Assembly: GCA_030704615.1 (NCBI GenBank)
Contig: CM060732.1
Span: forward strand, 7,316,001-7,380,000
Origin: Takakia lepidozioides
Taxonomy: Eukaryota; Plantae; Bryophyta
Reading direction: 5' to 3'
Length of the DNA: 64,000 nt
Shown: positions 48,401 to 59,890 of the stretch, one piece after another
Layout of the letters: each line of letters opens with the position of its first letter
How positions within the stretch are numbered: the stretch's first letter is position 1
Made by a program: the position numbers and the translations under genes
The notes under the pieces: generated by a model
The model's database searches: none
What the model was told of the DNA's origin: nothing
Seen by the model: only the letters and a program-made list of their open reading frames with translations

Positions 48401-51286
48401 GGCGGCATTTTCTAGTTCCGGGCCCTATTGCCGTTCAGGGACTTAGCCATTTTCGGGCTAAGTCCCTAGGGTGGCTGGCCTTGAAGTGGAAATTCGGCGC
48501 CATTTTCCAGTTCTAGGCCCTATTGCCGTTTAGGGACGTAGCCATTTTCGGGCTAAGTCCCTAGGGTGGCTGGCCCTCAACTGGAAATTCTTCGCCATTT
48601 TTCCAGTTCTAGGCCCTATTGCCGTTCAGGGACTTAGCCATTTTCGGGCTAAGTCCCTAGGGTGGCTGGCCCTGAACTGGAAATTCGGCGCCATTTTTCC
48701 AGTTCTAGGCCCTATTGCGGTTCTGGGACTTAGCCATCTTCGGGCCAAACCGGGAAAAATGGCGCCAAATTTCCAGTTCAGGGCTCCCAAGATGGCTAAG
48801 TCCCTAGGGTGGCAGTCACCGAAAACCGAAATTCGGCGCCATTTTTCCATTTCTAGGCCCACTCACATCCGCCCCAACCTGGGAAAATGGTGTCGAATAT
48901 GCATTTCAGGGACCTCATTGTGTTTTTCATGAATGCAGGTACTGCAAGTTCTCCCTTTTGGAGAAAGTCCATCTGTCTTTCGAGCCACCATTCTTCCTGG
49001 CATGGAGGAACCCTGGGGCTGACTCCATGTACACTGACGATATTGTGAAGGAGTGGCATCTGGAACATTTGCGTGATTGCCCTTGGTATGTGGACCTTCC
49101 GCCCGGCTCGCTCGACCCATCCGAGTTTCAATTGAAGTTGGATGCTGAATTCCGACGAAACCGGGCTCCGCTGCCTCCATTGGGTGCAAAAGAGGCAAAA
49201 GCGCTTGCGAACTCCAGGAAAGCGGCAGAGCTTGCTCAGGCAGGAATTCAGGAGAAATTGCATGAGAAGAGTAAAGGCCAAAGGAAAAGGACAAGGAAAC
49301 AGGTGAGTGCAGTAACACCCAAAAAGAAGAAAACCATCGGGGCATCGGAGGAGGCACAGGAGGGGACCCAAGAGAGTGACTCGGACGACGACTTTGTTCA
49401 AGGTCCTGTGACTGCTGTTGCTCCTACCCAGTCACCGGTCGTCCGGGTTCCCAAGTCAGTTCGGAGTGGGATTGGCTCTGCCAAGAAGTTGGCACTTGAG
49501 GGCGAGCCTACACGGCAGTATTCGGCGGTGACGTTTACGCACAGGCCAAAGCTAGAACCTCCAACCATCATCCAATGCGTCAATGAGAGCTTCCTTGACG
49601 CTCTCGCTGCCAGGGCGAAGAAGGTGGCACACAGCCTGGCGGAGCAGAAGGGGAAAGCCAAGAAGAGGGCTGGCGGTACAGAGCCTAAAGACACCCCTGG
49701 TTTTGAAGCCATGATGGAATTATTCACGGCTGTGAGCACGGATTGCAAGAGCACTCGGGGGGGGGGGGGGTTGAGGTGGAGAGAGCTTGCGACATGATTC
49801 TCCTCGACATTCCAGATGGGGAGCTGCTGGAGGGCCTGGATGGTGTGCCCACCTGGAACAGGTTTACTGAGGACTACTGGAAAGCCGGGTTTGGGCTGGC
49901 GGGGATGCTTCTGGATGACGGTGGATGTGTGGTTGTCCTTGCCACGAGACGGAAGACCACAGAGAATGCGGTGGCAAGGTGGACACCGAAAAGTGTCACC
50001 CCGGTCCTCCTCAGAAAATGGTTCTGCATCAGTACACAGGGGTTGCGAACAGAGGGCCAAAGTGTAAGTTATCAATCTATTGCATTCACTTCATATTGTG
50101 GTGTATGTTAAGTAGACCCTGGAGTTGATCCCTTCTTTGTTGGATGTGCAGACATTGGTGTTTGAGGCATATTGCTTTGTGAAGAGAGGGTCTAAGTTCA
50201 AATTCCGCAACGACGGTCGTCTTGTTGATGCCGCTGTGGACCCTGTAACCTACGATGTCCTCTACAACTATGTGCCCCACTCCAGTATGCCGAAGGACAC
50301 AAAGACAGGCAAATTGTGGCGGTACAGCCGGACCCGGAGCCCTGCTTTCATCCAAACCCTCATGGAGACGTGCTCGGATGTCCAAGGGCGGATTCTGGAC
50401 CTCACATGCGGCACGGGTAAGCCTTCACGTGCTCAGTTTGTCCCCTGGCCCGATTGCAATTGCATGCCGCAAGATATTAACCGCCCGCTTTGTTCCTCAG
50501 GTGCTTCAATGTGGGCAAGGACGTTGTCCGACAGGCATGTGTTTGCCTTCGAGCCAGATACTGCCCTCCACAACTCGGAACTTGCAGCGGCTGAACGTCT
50601 GCCGAAAGAGGAAGAGGCATCATCGGAGGATGAGGAAAAATCCGAGAAGGAGCAGGGGGAGGAAGTTGGGATCGAGGCCGAGGAGCCCCCGGTTTACGAG
50701 TGAGTGGTGGCATTGTAAGTTGCCTCCAGATTTTGTGAGGCACCTCCCTCCGCTCTCTTATTTCATTGAAAACCCTTTCTGGTTGTGCTGGTATTGACAT
50801 TCTTGAAGTGGATTTGTTCTTACTGTAGGATGCCAAGTACTGCCGGAGGGACGTCTACACCGGAGTTCATGGGCAGGAGGAACGTGCCTTTTTTTGCCAG
50901 GGGGATTTCATGCCTAGTCCAGAAAGGGAGTACATCCTTCCTACTTATGCTGCCCGGCTTGCTTCAGTGTCCATTAGGAGGTGTCCCAAACCTAGTCGTG
51001 TACAGCAGATTTTAGACGAGGCAACCTCAAGAAAATGAAGATGAGGGAGGAGGCAGCAGCTATTAGAGCCCGTCGGGCTCGTAGATTTGTTTTGGATTCT
51101 GCTGAGGAAAGTGGGGGAGAAGACGCAGAAGATTCCCAGGAGGTGAGGTGGACAGTCCCCCAAGGAGAGGACGGGATTTTTGAGAGGCATAGTGGAACTG
51201 ATGCATCACAGAGCTCGGAGGATGGGGGGGATGAGGGGGATGAGGAAGAAGGTGGGGCAAGTTCCTCGGAGGGTGTAGGAGAGTAG
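45404..51286 (+). CDS. Multi-exon ParB/Srx-like plus beta-class DNA amino-methyltransferase-like protein
   Basis: LRIPLCRL...FYVWDDNHRLLAW (ParB GxxR-like), DMILLDIPDG, and GRILDLTCGTG|ASMWARTLSDRHVFAFEPD. Predicted exons about 45404-46846, 46937-47154, 47258-47542, 47616-47753, 47849-48063, 48939-50063, 50151-50416, 50501-50700, 50829-51286. Frameshift in a G-run. Joining into one gene is inferred. Confidence 0.7.
48130..48850. repeat. Intronic 95-96-bp tandem repeat carrying GAAATTCGGCGCCATTTT
   Basis: Six direct units flanked by inverted units, inside the predicted intron 48064-48938. Confidence 0.93.
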
Positions 51287-51507
51287 TGCCCATTCCGGCT
51301 ATGACAGTTAGAACACACTTGTATAGACGTGGCTTGCCACAAAATTTGCAATAAAATGTTGCATTTCAAGTCCACTGGTGCCACATTCCAACTTCACATG
51401 ACCCTATTTCCGTGCCTCCTAACCCTATTTCCGTGGACTCACAATGGTCTGCTCATGCTTTTTTTTTTTCCGCTCATGCTCATGCCGCTCATGAAATAGC
51501 AGCCCCC

Positions 51508-53778
51508 CCTTCATCCTCACTCACTTCCTCTTCTCTTTCAGAATCAGAGGAATCTGCCATAGGAATATTAGTACTCTTCTGCATTTCCCTTATGGTATCT
51601 GCCACTTCCTTGTGCAATTCCTTCTCATCTCTCCAAGCCTCATCATCTTCAGGCACATCACTGCCATCTTCATTATCATCACTTTCCTCATCTACTGGAG
51701 GTATTATTTTGGCTTTGCTGCTTGTTACTATCATTGTACTTACTTCTGGTACAACACATGGCCTAACCATGTGAGCTGCCACCACTGGCCCCTCATTCAC
51801 AGGAGCTCTCATCTCATTCTGGTGTCTGATCCAGAATGGACAGGCTGCCTTGCGATGTCCTGCCTGATTACAATAGTAACACAGTTCTTCCCCATTAGGT
51901 CCTCGCCCTTGGTCTGTTCTGGGATTGTTTCTGTAATCCTGATTCCCTGGCTGGTAATTCCCCCTTGGATTACCCTGATAGTTGCCTCTGGAATTTCCTT
52001 GGTAATTCGCTCTTGGATTACCTCTCTCTTCCATGCCATTGTTATAACCACCAGGCCTACCATAGTGGTCCTGATCACTGTTTCTTCTTGGCTGGGGCTG
52101 CACTTGATGCACCCTTACTTGCATAGGTTCTCTTCCTGCTGTCCTTCTGTTGTAGTAACAATTCTCAGTAGAATGGTTATCCATTTTACAGATAGTAGAG
52201 TGTTTCTCCCTCATGTGGCATTCAGTGGTGGTATGGCCTTCATTCTGGCATTTTGCACACCAAACACCCTTCCTCCAATGTGTTACAGCCTTTGTGGCAT
52301 ACTTCTTCAAGATTTCTTCTAATATTTTCTCATAGTTATCCCTCTTCAACTTTTCCTTCCTCTTACTCTTCATTTTAAGCTCTTGCTCTTCTTCCTCATC
52401 TGACTCATCCTCAAGAGTCCTCATCATCCATTTTCTCTCTCCTGAGCATTCCCAATTGCTCAATTCTATTCGTTGTTTCAAATGCCTCCTCCACTGTATT
52501 ATGGGGTAACATATCCACTTTCTTTTGCAACTCTGGTCTTAGTCCACTCACAAACCAAGTCTTCTGTAAACCTGGTGCTGGTACAGCAGCCAGCTTTTTC
52601 ATCATCAATTCCATCTTTTCCATATACTCCTCAACAGTTTCATGCTTCTTTTGCTTTAACTGTTGTAAACTTCCATACACTTCATCCTCAATTTTACTTG
52701 TCCTGAACCTATTTCGGAATGTTGTATTCAAGCCATTCCAGGTTAGGAAATGATTATCAGGGAATCTTGCATACCATTCACTTGCTTTCTTTATAAGTGA
52801 ACAAGGAAACAGTCTCATCTTGGCATCATCGCCATTCTCATTGTTCACAATACACATGTGCTCAAATTGGCTAATGTGTACATCAGGATCCTCTTTTCCT
52901 GAATATATTGGAGAAGGTGGTTTTGCCTGTGTTGGTTGTAACGCCATCTGTGGCCCTACCTCCTGACCACTAACAGGTGCTGGCCCCCTTGCTGGTGCTG
53001 GTCCTTGAGGACCTGTTGTAGTTGTGGTGGAACTTCCACCAAGTGGTGGCCCCTGAGCACTCCCTGCTACTGGCCGCACTATATTCACAGTATTCCCAGC
53101 TCCAGTTGCACTACTTCCCACACTCCCTGTCCCCCCAGAGCCAGATCCAGGCTGCCCGCCTGATCCCCCTGAGCCGACACCTTCGTTGGCATGTGATCCA
53201 AGTGCTCCACTTGATCCAGGTCCAACGGGTTGGGATGTCCTGGTTGTAGTCTCAACCTCAGCTGTTGGGTCTACTTCTTCAGACTCTTCCTCTCCCAATT
53301 TCTTCTCTCTGTTTTCATCCTCCAAGTTCTGCCCTTGGGTTTCTTCTTCACTCATGTAACTCAACTGCAATGGCGTTGGAGAGTCTGAACTCTCCGTTGG
53401 CTCTGCCACATCCTCTCCTCCTTCTTCGTCTTCCGTCTCAGAAACTGGAGTTCCTGCTTTTGGTGTTCCATGCCAACTCTTATCAAAGATTTCTGTCAAA
53501 TCTTTTATCCAGGGATGTACCTCAGATCTTTCACCTCGTGGTTGATCTTCTTCCTGTACCAATTCCCTTAATCTTTCTTGCAAAGAAAAAGAAGGAGTGA
53601 CATCCAACTCTAGTTCTTCCGGTATGGGTGATGTACTCTCTGATCTTAATGGTGTGAGAGGTCCAGATGATTCCCCTATGTCTATTCCTCTCTCCCAAAG
53701 ATATGGATAATTAGCTTTGAGATATATATATTTTTTTGCTGAATATCTCTGGAGTCTAGCTTCTCTTTCATCACTCAT
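51508..53778 (-). pseudogene. gag: Gypsy gag (frameshifted)
   Basis: YSGKEDPDVHI...LFPCSL...ASEWY, LKQKKHETVEEY, FVSGLR; knuckles CAKCQNEGHTTTEC and CYYCNQAGHRKAAC. Confidence 0.92.
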
Positions 53779-54361
53779 GTCCCATGTCTTTCATTTCTTT
53801 AATGTGGCAATAACCAAAACTCTCTTCTGTAGTATCTCTCGTATATGCCTGGGTTTCTTTCAAGCTTCAATGCACCCTTCGCTATACTAGAAGTCTCCGT
53901 TACCATATAACCATATGGCAAACAAGACTGGAAAGGTGTTCTTGGTGTGAGTTTGATCCACAGAATATCCTTTGGAATCCAATTCTTTACCAGAACAAGC
54001 TCCTCATGCATATGAGTATAAACATTCACCTTCCTTTCCTCCCAGCCTTCAAACTCAACTCGCTTAATGGATAGCAATGCTATCACATAAACCAGTGTTG
54101 GTAACCAACGTGCTCGTCCTCTACAGGCCACCTGATAAATCTTTATCACTCCTTTCTCCAGACCCCACTCAGGGTCAGCATCATGCACTCTCTTAAGAAT
54201 GTTTTCTTTAGTCTGGCAATTCCAAGAACCTCTGAAAGAATTGCTTGGACAATCTTTCCTTCTCGGTTTCACAGGGAATTTGATTCACATCAAATTCTTT
54301 AATTCTCCAACCACCATGATCCCACCAGATGCCTGTCACATCTGGTTGTTCATGACCCAGT

Positions 54362-54379
54362 TCCCCAGTATGGTCGCCA
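54362..54379 (-). promoter_or_regulatory. Primer-binding site of element B
   Basis: TGGCGACCATACTGGGGA abutting the 5' LTR. Confidence 0.75.
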
Positions 54380-54381
54380 AA

Positions 54382-55211
54382 TGTCGAGCGGCTTTTACTC
54401 ACCCATCCCTTCGCTATCCGAGGTGGAAACTCCAAGATAGAAGAGTTGGATATCTCTAAGCACTCAGCCCGCTCAGAACAATCAGTCATGTCCTGCAGCT
54501 ACTGAATCATGGTTGTGCTTCCTATTTGTATTCCTTCCTGCCTTCATGTTATCAATTTACCTTACCGTGTATATTGAAGCTTTAGATTGCTTCAGTATCT
54601 ACTAAGTTCCAGTTAATCATGCATTCATTCCACAGCTTCTCTCGTGTCTCTCTACACAGTATGTTTGTATCGATTCAGTATCGGATTAAGATTAATTATG
54701 TATCATGCCTATGCCATGGTGTCTCTATTCTATCCTACTGTATATTTCTACAGCTTGCATGAACTAAGCCTCCTTCAAGTCATCATCTCCTCCTCACTAT
54801 TTCCCGCTCTCCGTTACGTTTCTTCCTTCCTTCCCCCAGTCACCCACTCTAGAAGTGATCCCCTTCCCGTTGCCGCTCTCCTAACTACCCGCAAGCTGTT
54901 CTAACCACCTAACTAACTAACCGTCACCCCTGAAGTAACACGTTCCCTCTGCAGATGTCATTCCCTCACAGTCGTTCCCTGTCAATGATAACTGTTCCCC
55001 ATGTACTGTGACAGGTTGTGTCAAGCTGTGCCGAGCTGTGACTGGCTGTGTCGGGCTGTGACTGGCTGTGCGAAGCTGTGTCGGGCTATGTAACCCCCCT
55101 AAAGCCTACTGCTGCCACCCCTAAGACTCATGTTGGTCTCAGTCTGCGCAAAAATTAAGGGTACCCTATAAAACCCGTAAAAGCGTCTAAGTCCCAAGCA
55201 GCCCTCTAACA
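54382..55211 (-). repeat. 5' LTR of element B
   Basis: TG...CA ends, followed by the GGGAC TSD. Confidence 0.95.
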
Positions 55212-56368
55212 GGGACATGAAGCCTGGAAATACTTACACTATTCCAAAGTTATTGGCACACAGCTATACGGACAAAGAATTCAGGGAGTACACTCATTTT
55301 GCTTGCAAGCGATTGATGCAAGTAGTATAGTTTAAGCTTCTGAACATGGTGGGCCAACACTGTATGCCATGCAGGATTTCTGAGACACCCAAGAAGATCA
55401 GACCACTGAAAAGCCGCCGGGGTGAAGATTATTCTGATACTACTGGTTCAGTGGAGGGCGATTTTGACATGGCTGAGGAAATATGAATTAGCATTTGCGG
55501 ACAAAAGACGACGGGGATCTCATATACCACAACATTTACCTCTTTCTCAAACTAACGCAGGGTTGGCAGTTCCAGCTAGTCGACACTTATCTCCATCAGC
55601 CAGTGACAGGGTTCGGGCTCACACACAGAGCCCTCCAAAGGACTCTCACCGACAGAAAGGTGCTCGTTCACAAAGGTTTGCTGATCCTAAACAGTAAACC
55701 ATGAGGACACGGCTTTTTTAGAGGGGGAGGGGTAATGTTAGATGGTTGTCTGACACTTAGACAGTGTTACGGGTTCTGTGGGGTACACTTAGACAGTTTA
55801 TGGGTTCTGTGGGGTGCCCTTAATTTTTGCGTAGACTTACGATGGTAGACCTAGACCAACATAGGCTTAGGGGGTGGTACACAAGGTTGTACAGTCAGTC
55901 ACAGCCATACACAGTCTTACACAGCCGACACAGCCTTACAGAGTCTGTCACAGTCAATCACAGCCTATCACAGTTAGTCACAGTCTATCACAACCCGACA
56001 CAACACGACACAGCACGACACAGGCCGACATAGCTTTACACAGCGAATCACAGCTCGGCACAGTCACAGCCCGATATAGCTTGGCACAGCCCGTCACAGC
56101 GTACATAGGGAACGTTTATCATTGGCAAAGAACGACTGTGTGGGAACGACATCTGCAGAGGGAACGTACTTGTTTCTTGGGTGACAGCTAGTTAGTTAGG
56201 CGGTAAGAACAGCTTGCAGATAAATTAAGCAGAGCAGCGACATGGAGGACACTTCACGGAGAGCACTTCTTGGTCATTCACGAGAGGAGATCAGGCGGAG
56301 AGCAGGAACGGGAGCAAAGATGGAGAGCATGGTGAAGGAGGAGAGATGATCGGTAGATGCTTAATACA

Positions 56369-59300
56369 AAGGTTAGCTATTTCATGAGCATGAGCGGCAT
56401 GAGCGGAGTAGCAAGACAATCGGTTTTCATGAGCAGAAATACAAATTTCGAAAATAAAAAACATTATAAAATATTAATTTAATGCAATGTGTCAGAAAAA
56501 ACAAATATATTATTCGGCACCTTGAAGGGAAAATTGTAGTTTTGAGAGTTGTGCTCATGATATTTCGTCTTCCGCTCATGCCAATTCCTAGTGACATGTG
56601 CAAAAATGGCGCCGAATTTCGTGCTAATAGGGTCCGTAACCGGAAAAAACCGCGACGTATTTCGCGGTAATAGGTCTCTCTGGCGAAAAATGGTGCCGAA
56701 TTCCGCGGCTATAGGTCCCCTCATGACAGGTGTGTAAGCCCAAAATTTGGAAATGTGGCGCTGAATTTCGGTACATGGTGCCGGGGATTGCACAGATGTT
56801 GGGCAGTTCTGGGCCATGTAACTGGAAATTCGGCGCCATTTTTCCAGACATCGTTCCCGTGCATGTTCGGACTTAGCCAGTTTTCGGCCCAAAATAGGGA
56901 AATTCGGCGCCATTTTTCCAGACACAGGGGTACCAGTGCATGTTGGGACTTAGCCAGTTTTCGGCCCAAAATAGAGAAATTCGGCGCCATTTTTCTAGAA
57001 ATGGCCCCACAACTGCTTCTGTTGGATCTCAATTTGAATGGAATATTGCCTCATTCCAGGAGTTTTGGGGTGCATTTCATTACACTACAAAAAAAAGTCT
57101 GATACATGAAAATGCAATTGAAAATATCCATATGGAGGATTCCCTTTGCCCCATCAATGATTTTTGGAATCCCTAAGGAGGACTTTGTGCAGCTCGTTCA
57201 CGCTCAATGCCGGTGCATGAATAAAGTCATCAATAGTCACGTTCATCCTCAACCTCTTCAGGTAAATGTAATACAGATGCTTGCACGGATAATACTTTGA
57301 ACCCTTCTTTGCTTCCATCAACGAGAAGTCCGTACAATTGCAAGTCGGCTCCACTCCAATCGTAATTGTGTATACATCGTCGCGTACAGCCGAGCCGGCC
57401 GTTGCCATCCGATAAACACGCCCAAGGCCGGGTGGAGGTACGTCCACGGAGCTCTGAATAGTGCAAGTCATCCCAAGAGCATTGGCAATCCGAGTCTCAT
57501 TCAACTTGTTGGGAGGGTGTCGTCTCTTCACTCTTCCGAATATGTGCAGAATTGTCCAATCCGTCTCTACTGGACCGAGCAGTCTGCAATGGCTGGGTCT
57601 GAGGAACTGGAAATGCGTGGGCTGGGACGTCTGTGCGTTGCACCATTCGAAATTCTGCTGCAAATAGAGCATCCGCCTCATTCTGAGAGAGGTTGCAACC
57701 CGGTGCAACAGGCCAGACGCCCGGAGGCTCCGGCATTCCCTGAATCCCGTACTTGGGCTTGCCAAATACACAGGTCATTATGTCGTGCCTACAGAACCAA
57801 AACGTCTGCGTTGTGGTGTGAGCAAATGTGGGAGTCAAAAATCTACCACTGAAACAAGGTGCAGGTACAGCACCGTGTGGGTTCCTCCGAATCATCTCAC
57901 CACAGTGTGCTCTCGTATCCACCCGGATGGCGCAACACTTCCCTCGAAACGCCGGCATTGTCCTTGCAATTCTCCACTGTGACTCCGACACTCTTGTCTC
58001 CACAATGGGAATGTTGTACTGCTTTACTACAGGTGGCTCGTTATGTTGCCCGGGCACGTGCCCTGTGCTCAAAGGAGATGGCGATCTTGAACGTGCAGGA
58101 CTTGCGGTGCTCGACGAGACCTCCTCGGGCAACATCACAGGACCACGAGGGAGCGTGCGAATATTCTTGAATCCTCTTCCCCGCCAGGTGCCTCGTCAAG
58201 TCTTCGTCTCACTGGACGGGTATGAACATCTCCTTCCAAATGTTGGCCTCTTCGAAGCAATGGCGTGTCCTGAAGGCCCTCTCGCAAGGCCGCGGCCCAC
58301 TTCCGAGGATTCTTCGATCTGAAGGTAGTCCGCATCAGCATTTCTTGCCTGTCCGGCCCCAAGCCCCACTGTTTCCCTTTCAAGAACTCGTTGTACCTGC
58401 ATTGCTGCATAATTGACCTCACAATGTTCTCCGTTGTGGCAGTGAGGATGTCCACCAGATGCGCCGCAGAGGAGGCACGCCAGGAAGAATGCACTGATTT
58501 GGCCATGTTTGTCGTGGGCATGTCGGTGTCGGAGTCGAGTCACATTTCCTGCACAAGCACATGTTGAGGTTACAAGCAAGTTACAAATAATGCCAAGAAT
58601 AATATTCAACGGGACGCAAATTCATGCAACTCACCTCCTGCATATAGTCGCCGAACTGGAGGAAACGATAATGCCATCATGCTAGCCAACTGACCATTGC
58701 TCCCTCGTCTGATTTCCTTACAGCACCTGACGATGTCCACCAAGCCCGTATACATGCAAACTGTGTCTCTGCATCATCCAAGGTGGGAACGCGCTTCCAC
58801 GCAAGGCACATGGAACGGTGCTCCTCTCTGAAATCTGGCGCCACGAGCCTGGTTGTGTACTGCGAAAGGCTCTGCAGAAAATGGAACCCACAAGATCTCT
58901 CCTTGCCTTCCATGGGAACATTGGGGTCTTGCCCGTACACCCTTCGGATGGCAGCCCAATTTGCTTGTGCGTTGTCCGCCATGAAACCACGGAAATTAGG
59001 AGGGGGCAATCCCGCCTTGGCCATCTATTCGTTTATTCCCTGCCAAAGAAACATCTCCGATTGTGTGTCCTCTCTTTTCATCTCACAAATAGCAATTGTC
59101 ATTAACATCCTGCATTGGGTGTCGTAGACATGTGCACCCATTGTCATCCACCAGTGATTTGTAATTCGCTTGATATGGTCGAACATGACCCAACTGTTTG
59201 ACAAGTCCCCACTCGTCATCCTGTCGACCAGTTCGACGCCGCTGCCAGGTCCACACGTGGACATTTTGAATATGAAACAACGATCTGCCTCAGTCCCTTG

Positions 59301-59890
59301 TCCTGGAAACCTACTTCCATGAATGTAGTCATATTCACATCGTCGCTTCACCTCCAGAATGTAGTGCATATCCGAGCCACGCCCAATTTTCTGTTTGCAT
59401 GAGACAATGTGGTTTCGGACATTCGGTGAACAGACGTGGGAAACCGACTCCAGCAATGCCTCCATTTCCTTGTCATCGAGAGGAACTCTATCGGAGCCGT
59501 CTTCCGACATAATTCTGACCAATGCCATCTTATGGGCGGCTTGGAGCTGTATCTGTTTGGGTTTGGCACCCGGTCTCAACTTAACCTCCTCCTGAACGAG
59601 CTGCTCTGCCTCGTGGGCAGCCTCCCGCGAGTTCCCCCTCGCCAATTTGTGACAATGGGAACCAACGTGTATGCAAGCTCGGGTGAGGTCAGGGAAACGG
59701 TGCAACACATAGAACTGCTTGGCATTACAAACAGACATGCAGTGTGGTGGTTCTTTGCAATGCGCACACTTAAATGTGGAATTCGGAACCTTCTCCTGAG
59801 CTCAAAATGGTTGATGAGCTGTGCCTGTCCAATCGGTCTCGTTCCTATGACCTCTGGATTTAAAATGGAAGCAAGTTGGGGAGAAACACC
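56369..59890 (-). mobile_element. MULE-like transposon copy 5 (one end plus 3' two-thirds of transposase)
   Basis: AAGGTTAGCTATTTCATGAGC terminus inside element C's LTR. Collinear with copy 4 up to gagaaacacc (equals 42050), where it breaks off. Confidence 0.9.

Larger units (their letters stand above)
38838..51507. mobile_element. MULE-like transposon copy 4 (12.67 kb, apparently full length)
   Basis: GAGGTTAGCTATTTCATGAGC...GCTCATGAAATAGCAGCCCCC. 8-bp TSD CCTTCATC at 38830-38837 and 51508-51515. Removing it restores gag EVSEDEGKKEAAEMQ. Confidence 0.96.
26687..55211 (-). mobile_element. Full-length Ty3/Gypsy (Athila-like, non-chromovirus) element B, containing MULE copies 3 and 4
   Basis: LTRs at 26687-27535 and 54382-55211 (about 3% diverged by manual count). 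5-bp TSD GGGAC at 26682-26686 and 55212-55216. PBS, PPT and gag-PR-RT-RH-IN order are present. Confidence 0.96.
26012..56368 (+). mobile_element. Ty3/Gypsy element C, 3' internal region and partial 3' LTR (26012-26686 + 55212-56368; split by element B)
   Basis: The accessory ORF reads across the B insertion (DIFYKG|HEAWKYLH). PPT gagggggaggggtaa at about 55721-55735, then an LTR starting TGTTAG at 55736 that is related to B's LTR. Confidence 0.8.

Noticed and set aside
45404-51286. Bacterial restriction-modification or partition locus, or contamination
   Set aside because: It has spliceosomal introns, no REase or ParA, and is embedded with perfect TSDs in a plant Gypsy element.
38838-51507. 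Zisupton/KDZ or hAT assignment (8-bp TSD, SWIM)
   Set aside because: The catalytic core shows MULE motifs (D...ADN, CxxH, TNxAESxH). I saw no KDZ CxC signatures and no hAT dimerisation motif.
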